Shown: one piece after another, positions 31,171 through 44,982 of the stretch
Layout: every line of letters begins with the position of its first letter
Numbering within the stretch: position 1 is the stretch's first letter
NCBI GenBank assembly: GCA_963758525.1
Contig: CAVWVQ010000003.1
Location: forward strand, 2,784,001-2,848,000
Origin: an uncultured Phycisphaerales bacterium
GTDB taxonomy: Bacteria; Planctomycetota; Phycisphaerae; Tepidisphaerales; Tepidisphaeraceae
Direction: 5' to 3'
Length of the DNA stretch: 64,000 bases
The notes under the pieces: model-generated
Told to the model about the DNA's origin: nothing
The model's database searches: none
Seen by the model: the letters and a program-made list of their open reading frames with translations, nothing else
Translations under genes and position numbers: made by a program

Positions 31171-31898
31171 ACGGCACCTTTGGCTACCGGCCTGATCGTC
31201 GCCTCGTGCGATTAACCCAGCCGGAACAGAACCTCGGAACCACGTCGCGTTTCACCGAAGCGAATCAAACCCACTCGATTCGTTCCAGAGCGCAAAAAAA
31301 ACAACTCTTTGCCGCGACGCACACTACCCACACGCAAGTAATCAAATATCCCTGATCGTTTGTCAAAACCCACAAAAAATCTTTTTCGCCCAGAGCGGAT
31401 CATACCCGAGTCGGGCGAAGCCATAGGAAATGTCTGCTCGTTCACCACAAATAGCTCTTAATCCGGTTCAAAACAAGTGGGAAAATGCCGGATGGTTGCA
31501 CCTGCGGTGTTACCCATCCTGCGCAGCTTACCCGTCTGCATCTACTTACCAGATAAGGACTACAGTTTACCTAGACTCGCAGTCCAATAACGAATTAGCG
31601 TAATGCGAAAGCGGTGCCAAGGTGCATGGCCCATCCAACTGCCGTGGCGTGCTGCTGGACGAGGTGCGCGACGAAAATGGCAATTTCCGCCGCCTCGTTT
31701 CTAGGCGAACACCGTCCCACGCGTTGAACAAAGGCATATTCGACCACCTGATGAGCATGTATCGAAGTTGTTCGCAAGCAAAATATCAGTTTCGCAAAAA
31801 ATTCCTTATTTGCGGATTTCGGGCACTCTCTGCAGAGCTAACGGTGTCAAAACTACGCCCCACAATTCCCTATTATCGTTAAAGGCGTATTAAAAGAT

Positions 31899-33095
31899 TC
31901 AGTTGAACTCAAAGGCGTCCCTTGCCATCACCATCGGACGGTTTTGCCCGATGTTCAACAGGAAGCCCGCTGCCATGAAACTGGCGACAAGGCTGCTGCC
32001 GCCATAACTCACAAACGGAAGGGTGATCCCGGTGACTGGCATCAAGCCGGTGGCGACCAGGAGGTTGAAGAAGGATTGTGCTGCCAATACCGCGACAACG
32101 CCGACCGCAACCAATCTACCGAACGGCTCGCGGGTCGCGGCGGCGATCTCGATCCCGGCCGCAAAGAGCACCAGGTACGCCACCAGCAGCGCCAGCACTC
32201 CCCAAAACCCGAATTGTTCGCCGATCAGCGCCAGAATCATGTCATTGTGCGCCTCCGGAACCGATTGGCCGATGGGTATCTCGCCAAATCCCTTCCCGCT
32301 CAGGCCGCCTGAGGCAATCGCGATCATGGCACGGTGCGTCTGGTAGGCTTTTGCCTGCCGCTCGGACTGGCTGTCGCTTTCGAGGAACGCATAAACACGC
32401 TGCTTTTGATATTTCTTGATGAGCTGAGGGAAATGCGACAACACGGGGACGTGCTCCTCACCACTGAACCAGGCGATCGGCGCCAGCGCCAGCCCCAGCG
32501 CGGCGATCGTGAGCAGATGCCGCACCTTGGCGCCGGCCGCGAAGAGCATCGCGAACAGCACCGGAAGAAAGAGCATGACCATCCCCAGGTCCGGCTGCTT
32601 CAGGATCAGCGCCATCGGCACCAGGGCCAATGCGAACGGAGCGAACAGTCCGCTGAGCGTTCGGTAGTTTGAGCGAAAACGAAGGTATCGTCCGAGAACC
32701 AGGACGAACGCAAATTTGCACAACTCCGCCGGCTCGATGCTTACCGGGCCCAGGGTGATCCACGCATACGCCCCCTTCACGCTGTGCACGCCTGGCAGCG
32801 GCTGGGCGCCAGGAGGCGGATTGGGACCGCCCTTGATTGCCGCCGCCACCGTGTACAACACCAGCAGCAAACTCAAAACGTAGAAGATCCACGCATATCG
32901 CCCGATTTTCAGATAATTCACGGCCTGAAAGAGCGTCATGCAGCCGATGGCCACGCCGAGGAAAATGAGCTGTTTCATCCCCTCTTCCGGCTTGTCTGCC
33001 CAGATGCTGATGATTCCCAGAGACGAGAGGACCGCAACGGCAACGAGCACCGGCCAGTTGGTCGCGATCGCGAGCTGTTGCCACAGTCTGTTCAC
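31899..33095 (-). CDS. rodA: SEDS peptidoglycan polymerase RodA
   Basis: IEPAELCK, ILKQPDLG, PEAHNDMI, EQFG, PVTGITLPFVSYGGSS; last gene of the mre-mrdA operon. Confidence 0.9.
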   Translation of the reverse strand: MNRLWQQLAIATNWPVLVAVAVLSSLGIISIWADKPEEGMKQLIFLGVAIGCMTLFQAVNYLKIGRYAWIFYVLSLLLVLYTVAAAIKGGPNPPPGAQPLPGVHSVKGAYAWITLGPVSIEPAELCKFAFVLVLGRYLRFRSNYRTLSGLFAPFALALVPMALILKQPDLGMVMLFLPVLFAMLFAAGAKVRHLLTIAALGLALAPIAWFSGEEHVPVLSHFPQLIKKYQKQRVYAFLESDSQSERQAKAYQTHRAMIAIASGGLSGKGFGEIPIGQSVPEAHNDMILALIGEQFGFWGVLALLVAYLVLFAAGIEIAAATREPFGRLVAVGVVAVLAAQSFFNLLVATGLMPVTGITLPFVSYGGSSLVASFMAAGFLLNIGQNRPMVMARDAFEFN

Positions 33096-33851
33096 GCGAA
33101 GAACTCCGCGGAGACGGCCAATGACGCGGGTCTGGCTCTCGCAAGCACATCGATCGCCTCGCCCGCATCGCGATGAGCTCGGCCGGTCGCGAGGTAGATG
33201 GTGAAGACCCGCGCGTCGCCCTCCTCGGACGGGGTGCAGCGCACCACCTGTCCGCGCGGCGCCAGCGCACTGATTGAACTGCTCACCACCAAAGAAGGAG
33301 TCACCCGTCCTGATTTCCAGAGATTCAGGATCCGCGCGCGCGCCCGATGGCCGCCAGGAGCGTCAGGAGAATCGCCGGGAGGGTCAACATCGCATCCATC
33401 ATTCGGTCGCGCAGCGGAATGGCCTGCGACACCGCCGTCCAATTCTCGGGGTTCACGGGGTCAACCTTCACGCGCACCGTATCTCCCACCGTCACAAAAC
33501 GTCCATATCCTTCGAGAGGCTTCTCATGCCGCGTCGTATACAGTCCTCCCCGCCATGGAAACTGCAGACTTGCCGGATTGCTCGGATCGAATGAGACGCC
33601 CGTGCGCGCCTGGTAATTGACCGCGTAAACGCGCGCATCGACCGATATGCCGTCGCGTACCAGCCTCAGCTCGTGTTGCCAGGCGCGAAAGCCGACGGCG
33701 GCGAATCCGATTGCGATCGAGCAAAGCACCAGGCAGCTCAACCACCAGAAGCGCGCTCGCGGATCGCCCCAGCGCGCCGGCGGGTGCGAGCCGTCAGGAC
33801 GCGCGGCGGAGGCGGAATCGGCGGGTTCTGCTCGATGGCGCTGGCGTTCAT
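33092..33851 (-). CDS. DUF3592-like membrane protein between mrdA and rodA, two apparent frameshifts
   Basis: ATG at 33851 (MNASAIEQNPPIPPPPRVL...), TM helix, OB-like VGDTVRVKVDPVNPE, second TM. The stop overlaps the rodA start. Confidence 0.55.
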
Positions 33852-34098
33852 CGATTAGCCCGATCCTTGGTATTGCTCCCAGCAGAGATGCCAAAGAAAT
33901 GGCAAATGCCCAATGGCCAACACAATCCCAAGCCGCAATGACCGGTGAGAGAACTAACCTTCGGCCTTGCGGTTTGTTCGCCCGCGGTTTGCATCGTTCA
34001 ATCGTGTCCGACTGACATCCGCCAAGCAAGCTCCCGTTGCCGCTCGATTAATCGGTCACGCCGCACCGGGCGGGGTCGCGTGAGCCATTGAGCGAAGG

Positions 34099-36452
34099 TC
34101 ACGGACGTGTCGCGGGCGCAACTGCCGGCGCCGTGACGTTGAGGTAGTGCAGATTGATGCAATCATGCAGCGCTGCCCGCGCGACCGATGCGGCGGCGAT
34201 TCCGCCGCTGCCTCCGTACTCGACCAGCACCGCAAAGGCGATCCGCGGATGCTCGCGCGGGGCAAAGCCAATGTACCAGGCGTGCGAGATGTCCTTCCCT
34301 TCATTGCCGCTGCCGCGATACCAGGGAGCCAGTGCGTTGGGATTTTCCAGAGTCGAAGGAGCCAGAAGCTGCATCCGCGGTTTGCCCGCGTCGTCAAGCA
34401 TGACCTTCCCGGACGCATCGAGCATCGGCATCGCCAGCGGCGAGGTTTGGGCCGTTCCGGTCTTTCCGCAAAGCATTGCCCATGCCAACTCTTCGTCCCC
34501 GGCAATCAGCGCCTTCCCCGTTCCGGCTTTTGAGTTCACCACGCGGAACATCCCTTCCTGCGCTTCTTTGACCGCGTCGGGCGACAGATGCATATCGACC
34601 CGATCCGGTGAGTCGGGAATGGCGTCGGGCCGGGTGGCGGGCTGTTCGCCATTGCTGGGCGCCAGAAGCGTCGGGCGCATCCAGATGCCGCCGCGCGCGA
34701 TGGTGGCCGCGACGTTTGCCATCTGGATCGGCGTCGCCGCTATGAATCCTTCTCCGATCCCCGAGAACCAGCCGGCCGAGCGACGTCTCCAGGCCGGCAG
34801 CGGGTAGAAGATTGGAAGTTTTCCTTTCACTTCCGAGATCCCCACGCCGGTCACGCGCCCCAGCCCAAAGCGGCCATACCAGTCGGACAGACGATCGATT
34901 CCGAGCTTGTCGGCGGTCGTCTCGAAAAAGACGTTGCAGCTTCGTTCCAGTCCATCAGAGAAAGTCAGGAACCCGGTCGGATGCGGGTCGTCGAACGGTA
35001 TCGGATGGTGGGCGACACTTTTCAGGATGGTCGAGTATTTTGAAGCGACCCAGCAGCGCCCCATCCCGTATTTCACGCCATTGAGAACGAGGTAGCCGGT
35101 GCATTCGATGGTGTCGTCGACTTTTTGCACACCCGACGTGATCGCGGCAATTCCGACCATCGGCTTGACCGTCGACCCCGGTTCCACCTGTGCCATCGTC
35201 GCGCGATTCATCAACGGGTGATTCAGATTATCGCCGGCGAGCGTCGCGTACTGTTCGTCGAGAAGGTTGAGATCGTAAGTCGGATACGAAACCATTGCCC
35301 GCACTTGCCCCGTCGGCACGTCGATCACCACCGCCGCTCCATGCAGCACTGCATCGGATTCGATGACCTGGCCGTCGGCATCCCGGATCTGAGCGTGGGC
35401 GAAGGCGTTTTGAATCAGCTTCTGCAGCTCGATGTCGATCGACAGCCGCACGTCCTGACCCGGCATCGGAGAAAGCGTCGAGAAAATCCGCTCGTCGCCG
35501 ACGACCTTCTCGATCCTCCCGCGCGTCCCGCGCAATGCAGGCTCACAAAGCGATTCGATGCCGCTTTTGCCCATCAGATCGTTCGGCAGATACTCCCTTA
35601 GCAAATCGTCCTTGTCGGCTTTGTCGTCGTCCTCGAGATCCCGCCGATCCACGCGACCCAGATGGCCGAGCAAATGGGCCGCAACTTCACGATACGGGTA
35701 ATACCGGTGGGTGCCGGGACGAAGAATCAGACCGGGATACGAGTCGATGTTTTTTCCAAGTTCGTTCTGCGCCTCGTTGTCAACGGCTGGGAGCACGACG
35801 TGCGGCTCGAACTGCTCGGCGACTTTCACGGCAAACTTGTCCATGTCAGCGTCGGCGTTGCTCCCGCCGCCGTCGATGAGCCACTTCTTCCACGCGGAGC
35901 TTTCTTCGCGGGAGAGGGTCTGCTTTACCTGCGCCCTGTCGAAATTGCGCACCCACGTATATCGGCGCCGCCACTCCACTTTGCGGGTGATGGACGAGCG
36001 CACGTCGTCAATGTCGTCCAGCGACCGTCCGGAAATTTCCGCCAGCTTCACCCACATCTTCTCGATGTCGCTGCGTACTTTGAGCATCTCCGTCTGCCGC
36101 ATCTCAGCGCGTTCGGCGCGGGACGTGCCCGGGGAATCGTAGGGATCGCCAAGCTGCGCCTGCAGACGCTGGATTGCCTGCTCCTTGACCCAGCCGTCGT
36201 CCGGATCGCTCGGCACCGCGCGATAGTCGACGCAGGCGTCGATGCACGGCTGGTCTTCCGCGAGCACGCGCCCCTGCACGTCCAGGATTCTCCCCCGCGA
36301 GGTCTCCACGAGATGCGTTCGCTTCATCGCATCCACGGCCTCCTGCTTCCAATATTCCCTGTGCAGCAGTTGCACGTCGGCTGGCGCAGCGCCAGTGCCA
36401 CCACGACGACGCCCAGAAGCGAGAGGATGATCTTCAGCCTGCGTGCGAACAT
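34099..36452 (-). CDS. mrdA: Class B penicillin-binding protein PBP2, frameshift near 5' end
   Basis: ATG at 36452 (MFARRLKIILSLLGVVVVALAL), RGRILD, RYYP, G.SGIE, PGSTVK (SxxK), SCN (SxN), GKTGTAQ. Confidence 0.9.
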
Positions 36453-36472
36453 GATGCTTCAGCATTCTCCGA

Positions 36473-37024
36473 TCAATTGGAATATCGCGCCCGCATGGAT
36501 CGCCGCGAAGGTTGAAAGCCGAATTTCCTCCGGAGGCTCTGCAGGATTCCCAGGACAATCGGCGCCAACGCCGCGGTATAGATCACGCGCATGAATTCCA
36601 GCCCCGGCGAAATGCGGATGGCTTTGAGTGATACGCCATTTTCCACCAGACGCGGCGCCGGCGGATGCAGCCAACCGTGCGCAAGCAGGACGGCCGCAGT
36701 CATAAATCCGCCGACCAGCGCCAGCGAGAGATGCGTCAGGAAATGCTCGCGGTAGACCACATCGTGCGTGCTGACGATGAACATTCCCACCAACCCGTAT
36801 GAAACCCCGTACAGTCCCGGCGGCTGCTGTGTCAGAAAATCCTGCATCAGCCCCAGACAGACCGCACCCAGCAGCGCCGCATCGCGGCGCGCGTTCAACG
36901 TGATGAAGATCACTGCCAGCAAGACCAGATTCGGCGCCACGCCCTGAAACCGAATGTAAGGCCCAGCGCCCAACTGCAATCCGAGTGTGACGTAGGCGAG
37001 GATGAAGTAGGTGAGCCAGCGCAT
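36473..37024 (-). CDS. mreD: Rod shape-determining protein MreD
   Basis: Small hydrophobic ORF with PNLVLL and GLMQDFL; lies between mreC and mrdA. Confidence 0.85.
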   Translation of the reverse strand: MRWLTYFILAYVTLGLQLGAGPYIRFQGVAPNLVLLAVIFITLNARRDAALLGAVCLGLMQDFLTQQPPGLYGVSYGLVGMFIVSTHDVVYREHFLTHLSLALVGGFMTAAVLLAHGWLHPPAPRLVENGVSLKAIRISPGLEFMRVIYTAALAPIVLGILQSLRRKFGFQPSRRSMRARYSN

Positions 37025-37034
37025 CACGAATACA

Positions 37035-37250
37035 GGCACGGACGCACGGAGGCACGGAGGCACAAAGGGAAAGGCGAAAGGGGAAGGCACGAAGCGAAAG
37101 GCGAGGCAATGCCGGCGCCGCCGTAATTACCAAGCCGTCTAAGCCGTCTTGCGAAACCCATTGTAAATGAGTCGAGCATCATCTTCCCACTACCTCTCAC
37201 ATTTCCTCACCCTTCGTGCCTCCGTCCCTCCGTGCCTTCGTGCCTTCCCC
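37035..37250. repeat. Inverted repeat element of GGCACGGA/GGCACGAA octamer units between mreC and mreD
   Basis: GGCACGGACGCACGGAGGCACGGAGGCACAAAGGG ... CCCTTCGTGCCTCCGTCCCTCCGTGCCTTCGTGCC. Confidence 0.7.
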
Positions 37251-37252
37251 CA

Positions 37253-38103
37253 CTACCTCTCCTTCGTCACCACCATCACTTCCCTCAGCCGCGATAGATT
37301 TTCCTGCGGCTCGATCACGATCTGGGCGAACAGCGGCGCATCGGGGCGCGGGGAAATCTTCACGACTTTGCCAAGCGGCTGTCCCTGAAGATTGAGCGGC
37401 CAATCGGGTTCGGAGAGAATGACCCAGTCGTTGGGTTCGATCTGTGCCTTGCGGGCGTCCTCCATCGTGAGGCTGCGCACGATCATCGCACCCTGGCCGG
37501 CTCCCTCAACCAGTGCGGTTGGTGCGTTGAGTTTGCTGAATTCGATCTGGTTGTCCGGCCGGCGTTGAAACTTTCCGAAGCTTCCGCGGACCCGAAATCC
37601 CGGATCGGTGACGAGCCGCACCTGCGCGCCTGCGATGCCTGCCCGTTCGACCTCCCCGACCACGCCCCCTGGATAGAGGACAAACAACCCATCCGTGATG
37701 CCTTCCAGCGTGGAGGATCGAAGGGAGAGCGATTCACGCGCTCCCGAATCCGGACCCACGACTGCGACCGGCGTGCAGAGGTCCCTCACCAGTCCGAGTT
37801 TTTCGCGCTCGGCGTTGCGCTGCACAACTCGGAAAGTTGTTCGGTGAGTGTTACAACCTGGCTCTTCAAATCCTGGTTCTCCGTCCGAATCGTCTGCAGA
37901 TCGCGGGAATCCTCCGATCGGTCGCCCCCCAGCCGATGAAAGAAATAGCCCGCGATCGCGCCGGCGGGCCGAGCAACGGGGGCGAAAAGCATGGATACCT
38001 GCGGAAAAGAACGGCCGGTTAATTTCGCGGGGAGCGCGAATGCGGACAGCGCGCTGAGCGCCATGAGGGCAACGAAAACATGCTGGAAGCGCGATTGAGA
38101 CAT
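37253..38103 (-). CDS. mreC: Rod shape-determining protein MreC, one frameshift near 37830
   Basis: N-terminal TM and coiled coil (IRTENQDLKSQV) in 37786-38103; C-terminal GVVGEV, VRLVTDP, GQPLGKV...IEP..NLSRLREVMV. Confidence 0.8.
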
Positions 38104-38135
38104 CCGTGTCGTGGAGCGTTGAAGGTGACCCTGTC

Positions 38136-39286
<1,151 letters not shown>

Positions 39287-39588
39287 CTAAAGTCGTGACC
39301 CGATCCGATGCATCGGGCCTCAATGGACGCGTAACGTACATGGGAGGCCGCCAGCCAGCAAATCGCCGGAGGCCGAATATTGGCGCGGTGATCGAACTCT
39401 CGCGAGCTTTGAGTTGCTGGTCTCAGCTCGCCTTTGAGTTCGCGAATTATTCTTGGTTCGTAGCTTCTCCCCACCTCACGGCTCCTTTCATCGGTGAAAC
39501 TTCCGCTACGTTGAGTTCCTGCGCTGTTATCCAGCGGCCGTACGGTGCGCAACGAGAAACCAGCAACGAGTTGTGGTAAAATCCCAAC

Positions 39589-39879
39589 ATGCGAGTAATC
39601 GAGACGACAGCGCACGTCGGTGCAGACGGAATGCTCCGGCTGGAAGTGCCGCTAGAGCAGCGCAATCAGGATGTGCGCGTGGCGCTGGTTGTGGAGTCGA
39701 CGCCCGCGCAAAAGAGAATACCGGACCAGATCGATGATCGATGGGCTTCTGTGCGTCATCGACTGGAGGGCACAGGCATACACGTCCCGGCCCCCGGCGC
39801 TATCAATTGCGGCCCCGTTGAGCCGGTGGTTTTGTCCGGACCATCTGCGTCCGAGATGCTCATAAACGACCGCCGATGA
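39589..39879 (+). CDS. Putative antitoxin (VapB-like), coupled to the PIN gene
   Basis: 96 aa ending ...SGPSASEMLINDRR; ATGA overlap with the PIN ORF. Confidence 0.6.
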   Translation: MRVIETTAHVGADGMLRLEVPLEQRNQDVRVALVVESTPAQKRIPDQIDDRWASVRHRLEGTGIHVPAPGAINCGPVEPVVLSGPSASEMLINDRR

Positions 39880-40334
39880 AGATATTTTACCTCGATTCCA
39901 GCGCATGGGTGAAGCGCCATCAGAGCGAAGCCGGCTCTGATTGGATGCGGCGATTCTGGCAGCCCGGCGTGCGGTTCGGCTGTGCAACCTTGGGCCTTGT
40001 TGAAGTACTTTGCACGGTAACCCGCCGACATGCCAACCGGGTTGACGCTGCCACGACGCGCAATGTTCTCCTCGCGGTTCGGAATGATTTTGGTGCATTT
40101 CTACAGGTTGAATTTGACGACGCGGTTGTGCGCCTGGCAGAATCATTGGGGCCGCAATGGAAGTTGCGAGGTGCCGACAGCGTCCATCTTGCCTCGGCGG
40201 TGCGGTTGCGGGATTCCCTCAATGCGACCGTCATTCTCATCGCTTCGGACGTAGAACTGCTCACGGCAGCCACAGCCGAGGGATTCGCTGTGGTGGACCC
40301 AAGCCAGGATCCGGCGCTACCAGCCGTGGACTAA
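39876..40334 (+). CDS. vapC: VapC-family PIN domain toxin
   Basis: FYLDSSAWVK, LVEV, LRGADSVHLASA, IASDVEL. Confidence 0.9.
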   Translation: MKIFYLDSSAWVKRHQSEAGSDWMRRFWQPGVRFGCATLGLVEVLCTVTRRHANRVDAATTRNVLLAVRNDFGAFLQVEFDDAVVRLAESLGPQWKLRGADSVHLASAVRLRDSLNATVILIASDVELLTAATAEGFAVVDPSQDPALPAVD

Positions 40335-40608
40335 GGGGACGGAGCGCTGGGATTTCCGGGCACTTCTAAAGACGAGGCGACTCAGCGGTCGGGGCTTCTG
40401 AGCCGTTTGCTCTATAAAGGCGCTTTGGTCGCCCAACTCCGAATTTTGCGTCCTTTGCAACTTTTATTCTTTGACAAGGATATCCATTTGGGCGCGTAAT
40501 ATCTGACGGTCGCCAGATTGGCGGAGCTGGCAGCCCGGCGAAGGGATTTCAGACCATGCGATTGACGCGATTGACCCGGAGGCGCTTGTCTAACCCTAAG
40601 AGCGCTCG

Positions 40609-41205
40609 ATGTCTCAACTGCCTCTTTGGCTGACGGGGGCAATTATCATTTCGCCCAGCATCCTTTCGGCCGACACTGTTGCATATAAGTCACCGAGCGC
40701 GACAGAAGCGCTGATGTACGAAAATGTGAAGATCGAACGAATTGACGACGAGAATCTGGTTTTCCTTTCGGCAAGCGGGAATGAAACCCGCAAGGGGCTC
40801 GCGGAAATCTCGCGTATCTCGGCGGACGACGAGCCCGACTTCACCGTTGCGGAGCAGGCGTTCGACACAGGTAACGCCGCTGACTCGATCGAGGGCTACC
40901 GAAAGGCTGTCCGCGGCAGCTCACATGACTGGGTGCGGAAGCGCGCTGCCCTTCGGCTCATTGCCGCGGGAAACCAGGCATCGGACTTCGGCGCGGCGGT
41001 CGCAGGGTTTGCCTATCTGGCGGTGACGGATCCCGATGCCGCGCTGCAGGCGAAGCCGGACGAGTTTGTTGGCCATCTGACATCGGAAGTCAGGAAGAAA
41101 AAGATCGACTACATCATCGCTGTTGAAAAAAGTAAGGGCAAAATTTCGGACCGACCGGCTTCCTATTCGAAAGCGACGGTCGCGTTTACGTCGAAGATCC
41201 GCTAG
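40609..41205 (+). CDS. Hypothetical exported helical protein, possibly truncated or chimeric at the C-terminus
   Basis: 198 aa with a signal-like N-terminus and TPR-like AEQAFDTGNAADSIEGYRKA. Composition changes abruptly after KPDEF. Confidence 0.5.
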   Translation: MSQLPLWLTGAIIISPSILSADTVAYKSPSATEALMYENVKIERIDDENLVFLSASGNETRKGLAEISRISADDEPDFTVAEQAFDTGNAADSIEGYRKAVRGSSHDWVRKRAALRLIAAGNQASDFGAAVAGFAYLAVTDPDAALQAKPDEFVGHLTSEVRKKKIDYIIAVEKSKGKISDRPASYSKATVAFTSKIR

Positions 41206-41408
41206 GGCACGCGCGTCAATGTCGGAGCGTCCCCCTCATCGCTGTTCGCGGGACGGCGACCCACATTCATCTACGAAAACGGCGGCAGATGCAGGCTATT
41301 ACACTCCCAGCCTCAAGACCCCATGCGCATCACCACCGGCTGAGACGTGTGCGCTGCAGCGGTTCTGCGGTTTCTCCCCCTTCCCGCCTTTCCCAGTAGA
41401 ATCCCCTC

Positions 41409-41783
41409 ATGGCCAATCCCGAGCACATCCCACCACGTCAGATGGCCCCGAAATTCGGCATCGGAAAACTGACGCGCCATCTGTTCATCTGCCTCGGACC
41501 CGATTGCGTCGATCCGCAGGCGGGCGAACGCACATGGGACTATCTCAAGAAGAGGATGCAAGCTCTCAGCCTGGCCGGCCCCCAGGGAACCTGCTACCGC
41601 AGCAAAAGCGGCTGCCTGCGGATTTGCGACAGCGGGCCGATTTGTGTCGTCTACCCCGAAGGCGCCTGGTACTCCAACGTCACGCCCGAAAACGCCGAAA
41701 GAATCATCCAGGAACACCTGATCGGCGGAAAGATCGTCGAAGACCTTTGCTTTGCCACCAATCCCCTGCCGGCGAGTTCGTAG
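41409..41783 (+). CDS. Thioredoxin-like [2Fe-2S] ferredoxin
   Basis: [11 protein letters not shown]...[21 protein letters not shown]...[10 protein letters not shown]. Confidence 0.9.
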   Translation: MANPEHIPPRQMAPKFGIGKLTRHLFICLGPDCVDPQAGERTWDYLKKRMQALSLAGPQGTCYRSKSGCLRICDSGPICVVYPEGAWYSNVTPENAERIIQEHLIGGKIVEDLCFATNPLPASS

Positions 41784-41905
41784 TAAACCCGCCGGCGCGG
41801 GAGAGTAGATAGATGGAGAGGATTCAGGCGTTGCTGTAGCCGCGCGTTAACGCCGGCAGATAAATCGCGACAAAGCGATGGTATATTTTGGAGAGTTTCC
41901 TTTCG

Positions 41906-44900
41906 ATGCGCCGTTCGCGTTTTCATCTTGTTGGATGCATTTTGCTATGGGCCGGGCTGATGGCCGGGTCGCAGGCAAAGGGGGCCTCTGCGGCGTCGAC
42001 TGCGCCTCTGTCGGAGATTCGCTTCAATCGGGATATCCGGCCGATTCTGTCGGATAACTGCCTGTTTTGTCACGGCCCGGACAAGGCGCAGCGGAAGGGG
42101 AAATTCCGGTTGGATGATCGGGACTCGACGATGCAGAAAGGGGCGATCGTTCCCGGCAAGCCGGAGAAGAGCCCGTTGGTCGAGCGGATTTTTTCAACAG
42201 ATCCCGACGAGCTGATGCCGCCGGCGAGTTCGCATAAAAAGCTGTCGCCGGAGCAGAAGGATCTGCTGAAACGCTGGATTGCCGAGGGGGCGGCGTATGA
42301 GCCGTTCTGGGCGTATGTCACGCCGCAGCGCCCCGCCGTGCCGGTGGTGAAGAACGAGGCGTGGACGCGCAATCCGATCGATGCCTTTGTGCTGCACGGC
42401 CTGGAGAGCAAGAAGCTGACACCGGTGGCGGAAGCCGATCGACGAACGCTGCTTCGGCGGCTGAGCCTGGATCTGATTGGTCTGCCGCCAAGTCCGGATG
42501 AAGAGGATGCTTTTGTCGCTGACAGGAGCGCGGGGGCGTACGAAAGGCAGGTCGATCGGCTGCTCGCTTCGCCGCACTATGGCGAAAGAATGGCCGTGCC
42601 ATGGCTTGACGCGGTGCGTTTCGCGGACACGGTCGGGTTTCACGGCGATCAGAATCAGAACGTCTTTCCCTACCGCGATTACGTGATCAACGCATTCAAC
42701 AGCGACAAGCCTTTCGATCGATTCACGATCGAGCAGTTCGCCGGCGATCTGCTGCCGCACCCGACGACCGAGCAGCTCATCGCGACCGGTTTCGATCGAC
42801 TGAACATGATCACGCGCGAGGGGGCGCGCAGCCAAAGGAGTATCTGGCGAAATACGCGGCGGATCGTGTCCGGACGCTCGGCTCGGCGTTCCTCGGCTCG
42901 ACGCTGGGCTGCTGCGAGTGCCACGATCACAAGTTCGATCCGTTTCTGACGAAGGATTTCTACTCGCTCGAATCGTTCTGGGCGGACGTGCGCGAGTGGG
43001 GCGTCTACACGGATTACGGGTATACGCCCAACCCGGATCTCAAGGGCTTCACCAACGACCATCCGTTTCCGCCGGAAATCGTGGTGGACAGCCCATATCT
43101 GCAGAAGCGAGAGCAGCGGCTGCTGGATCGAATTGATCAGTTGGCCGCCGACGCATTTCGGCCCGAGTCGCGGGCGGCGGAGGTTGCCGCCTGGACAAAA
43201 GCGACGCGGGCGTTTCTCGCGGAACATCCTGATGGCTGGGTTACGCTGCATGCGCATTCTGCGGCCGAGCCGGCAGAATCGGACGACGGCGTCGTGCGCG
43301 TTGCGGGAAAGGGCGGCAAGACTCAACGGCTTGAGTTCGCGCTTCCGTCCGGAACGATCGCCGCCATTCGCCTGCAAGCGATGCCTCGTGACACGCAGGG
43401 AGGAAGCATCCTGATCGCAGGGGGGCCGAAGCGCGCGCGTGTCGAGTTGGCGGCTGGGATCAAGCCCAAGGGCGGGAAGGAAGCCCGGCTTGGGTTCGGA
43501 TTTGCCGACGCGGAGAAGAAGGAGCCGCAGTATTCCAACGGGTACGAAGTCGAAGGGATTCTGCAGGGATGGAATATCTCCGCCGCGGCCGCGAAATCGC
43601 CGCAGGCCGCGGTATACATTCTCGATCGGCCCGTTCAGTCCAAGGCAGGTGATCTGCTGGCGGTCTCGCTGGAGCACAATGTACTGGCCGCGGTGCGAAT
43701 TTCCGTTTCTCCGCTGGCGCCGCTCCATCCGATCGATCCCTCGTTCGCAGCGTCGCTGAAGACAGCGCTGGCGACGCAAAATCCGCTCGTCGCGCGGACG
43801 ATGCTGCTGAGCACTTCGGACGCCGTTGACGATGCCGCGCGGACCGAAGCGCGCCGGTTGATTCAAGAGGTGATCGATTGCCGAAACGGAAAGTCACCAA
43901 CGGTGGTCGTTGTTTCGCAGACGCCTCGCGTGATGCGGGTTTTGCACCGCGGCAACTGGCAGGACGAGACGGGGGAGATCGTCACGCCGATGGTTCCACA
44001 CTTTCTGCCGCAACCCGCGGCGGCCTCGCAGCGCCGGCTGACGCGGTTGGATCTGGCGGAGTGGCTTGTATCCGATCAGAATCCGTTGACTGCCCGGACC
44101 ATTGTGAACCGTCTGTGGAAACAATTCATGGGCGTCGGAATCTGCAACAGCGTGGAGGATCTGGGATCGCAGGGCGATCCGCCGTCGAACCCCGAGCTGC
44201 TCGACTGGCTTGCCGTGGAATTCCGCGAGAGCGGCTGGGACGTGAAGCACATGGTGAAGCTGATGGTGATGTCGTCGGCGTATCGCGAGAGTTCGGATCC
44301 GACGATCGCGCTGCGCGACGCGGACCCGTTCGATCGGCTGTCCGGATCACAGCTTCCACGCCGGCTCGAGGCGGAGTTCGTGCGTGACAACGCGCTGCAG
44401 GCGGCGGGGCTGCTGAACCTCGCCGACATCGGCGGGCCCAGCGTCTTTCCTTATCAGCCGGCCGGCTATTACGCGAATATTCAGTTCCCCAGCAGATCGT
44501 ATGATCCCGACACCGACGACCGCCAATACCGTCGTGGCGTTTATATGCATTGGCAGCGCACGTTCCTGCATCCGATGCTCGCCAACTTCGACGCGCCGTC
44601 GCGGGAGGACACCACCTGCACGCGCAACGTTTCCAACACGCCGCAGCAGGCGCTGACATTGCTGAACGATCCGGAGTTTGTCGAAGCCGCCCGCGTGCTG
44701 GCCGAGCACGCAATCGCCGCCGGCGGCGATGATTCGCGCCGGCTCACTTTCGTGTGCCAGCGCGTGCTCTGCCGCGACCCCAGCGACGCTGAGCGCGACT
44801 CGTTGACCGGGTTCCTTGGCGATCAGCGCGCCCATTACCGCGCCAACGCCAGCGATGCCGCGGCGCTCTGTGCGGTCGGCATCGCGCCACTCCCGGCCGG

Positions 44901-44982
44901 GACGGACTACGCGGAACTGGCAGCGTGGACCACGGTTTGCCGGGTGGTGTTGAATCTGCATGAGAGCATTACGAGATATTGA
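41906..44982 (+). CDS. Planctomycete cytochrome c / DUF1549 / DUF1553 protein, one frameshift near 42825
   Basis: FNRDIRPILSDNCLFCHGPD (CxxCH), NPIDAF, LRRLSLDLIGLPP, CCECHDHKFDP in the shifted frame, NPLTART.VNRLW, PELLDWLA, RRLEAEFVRD, NTPQQALTLLN. Confidence 0.9.
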
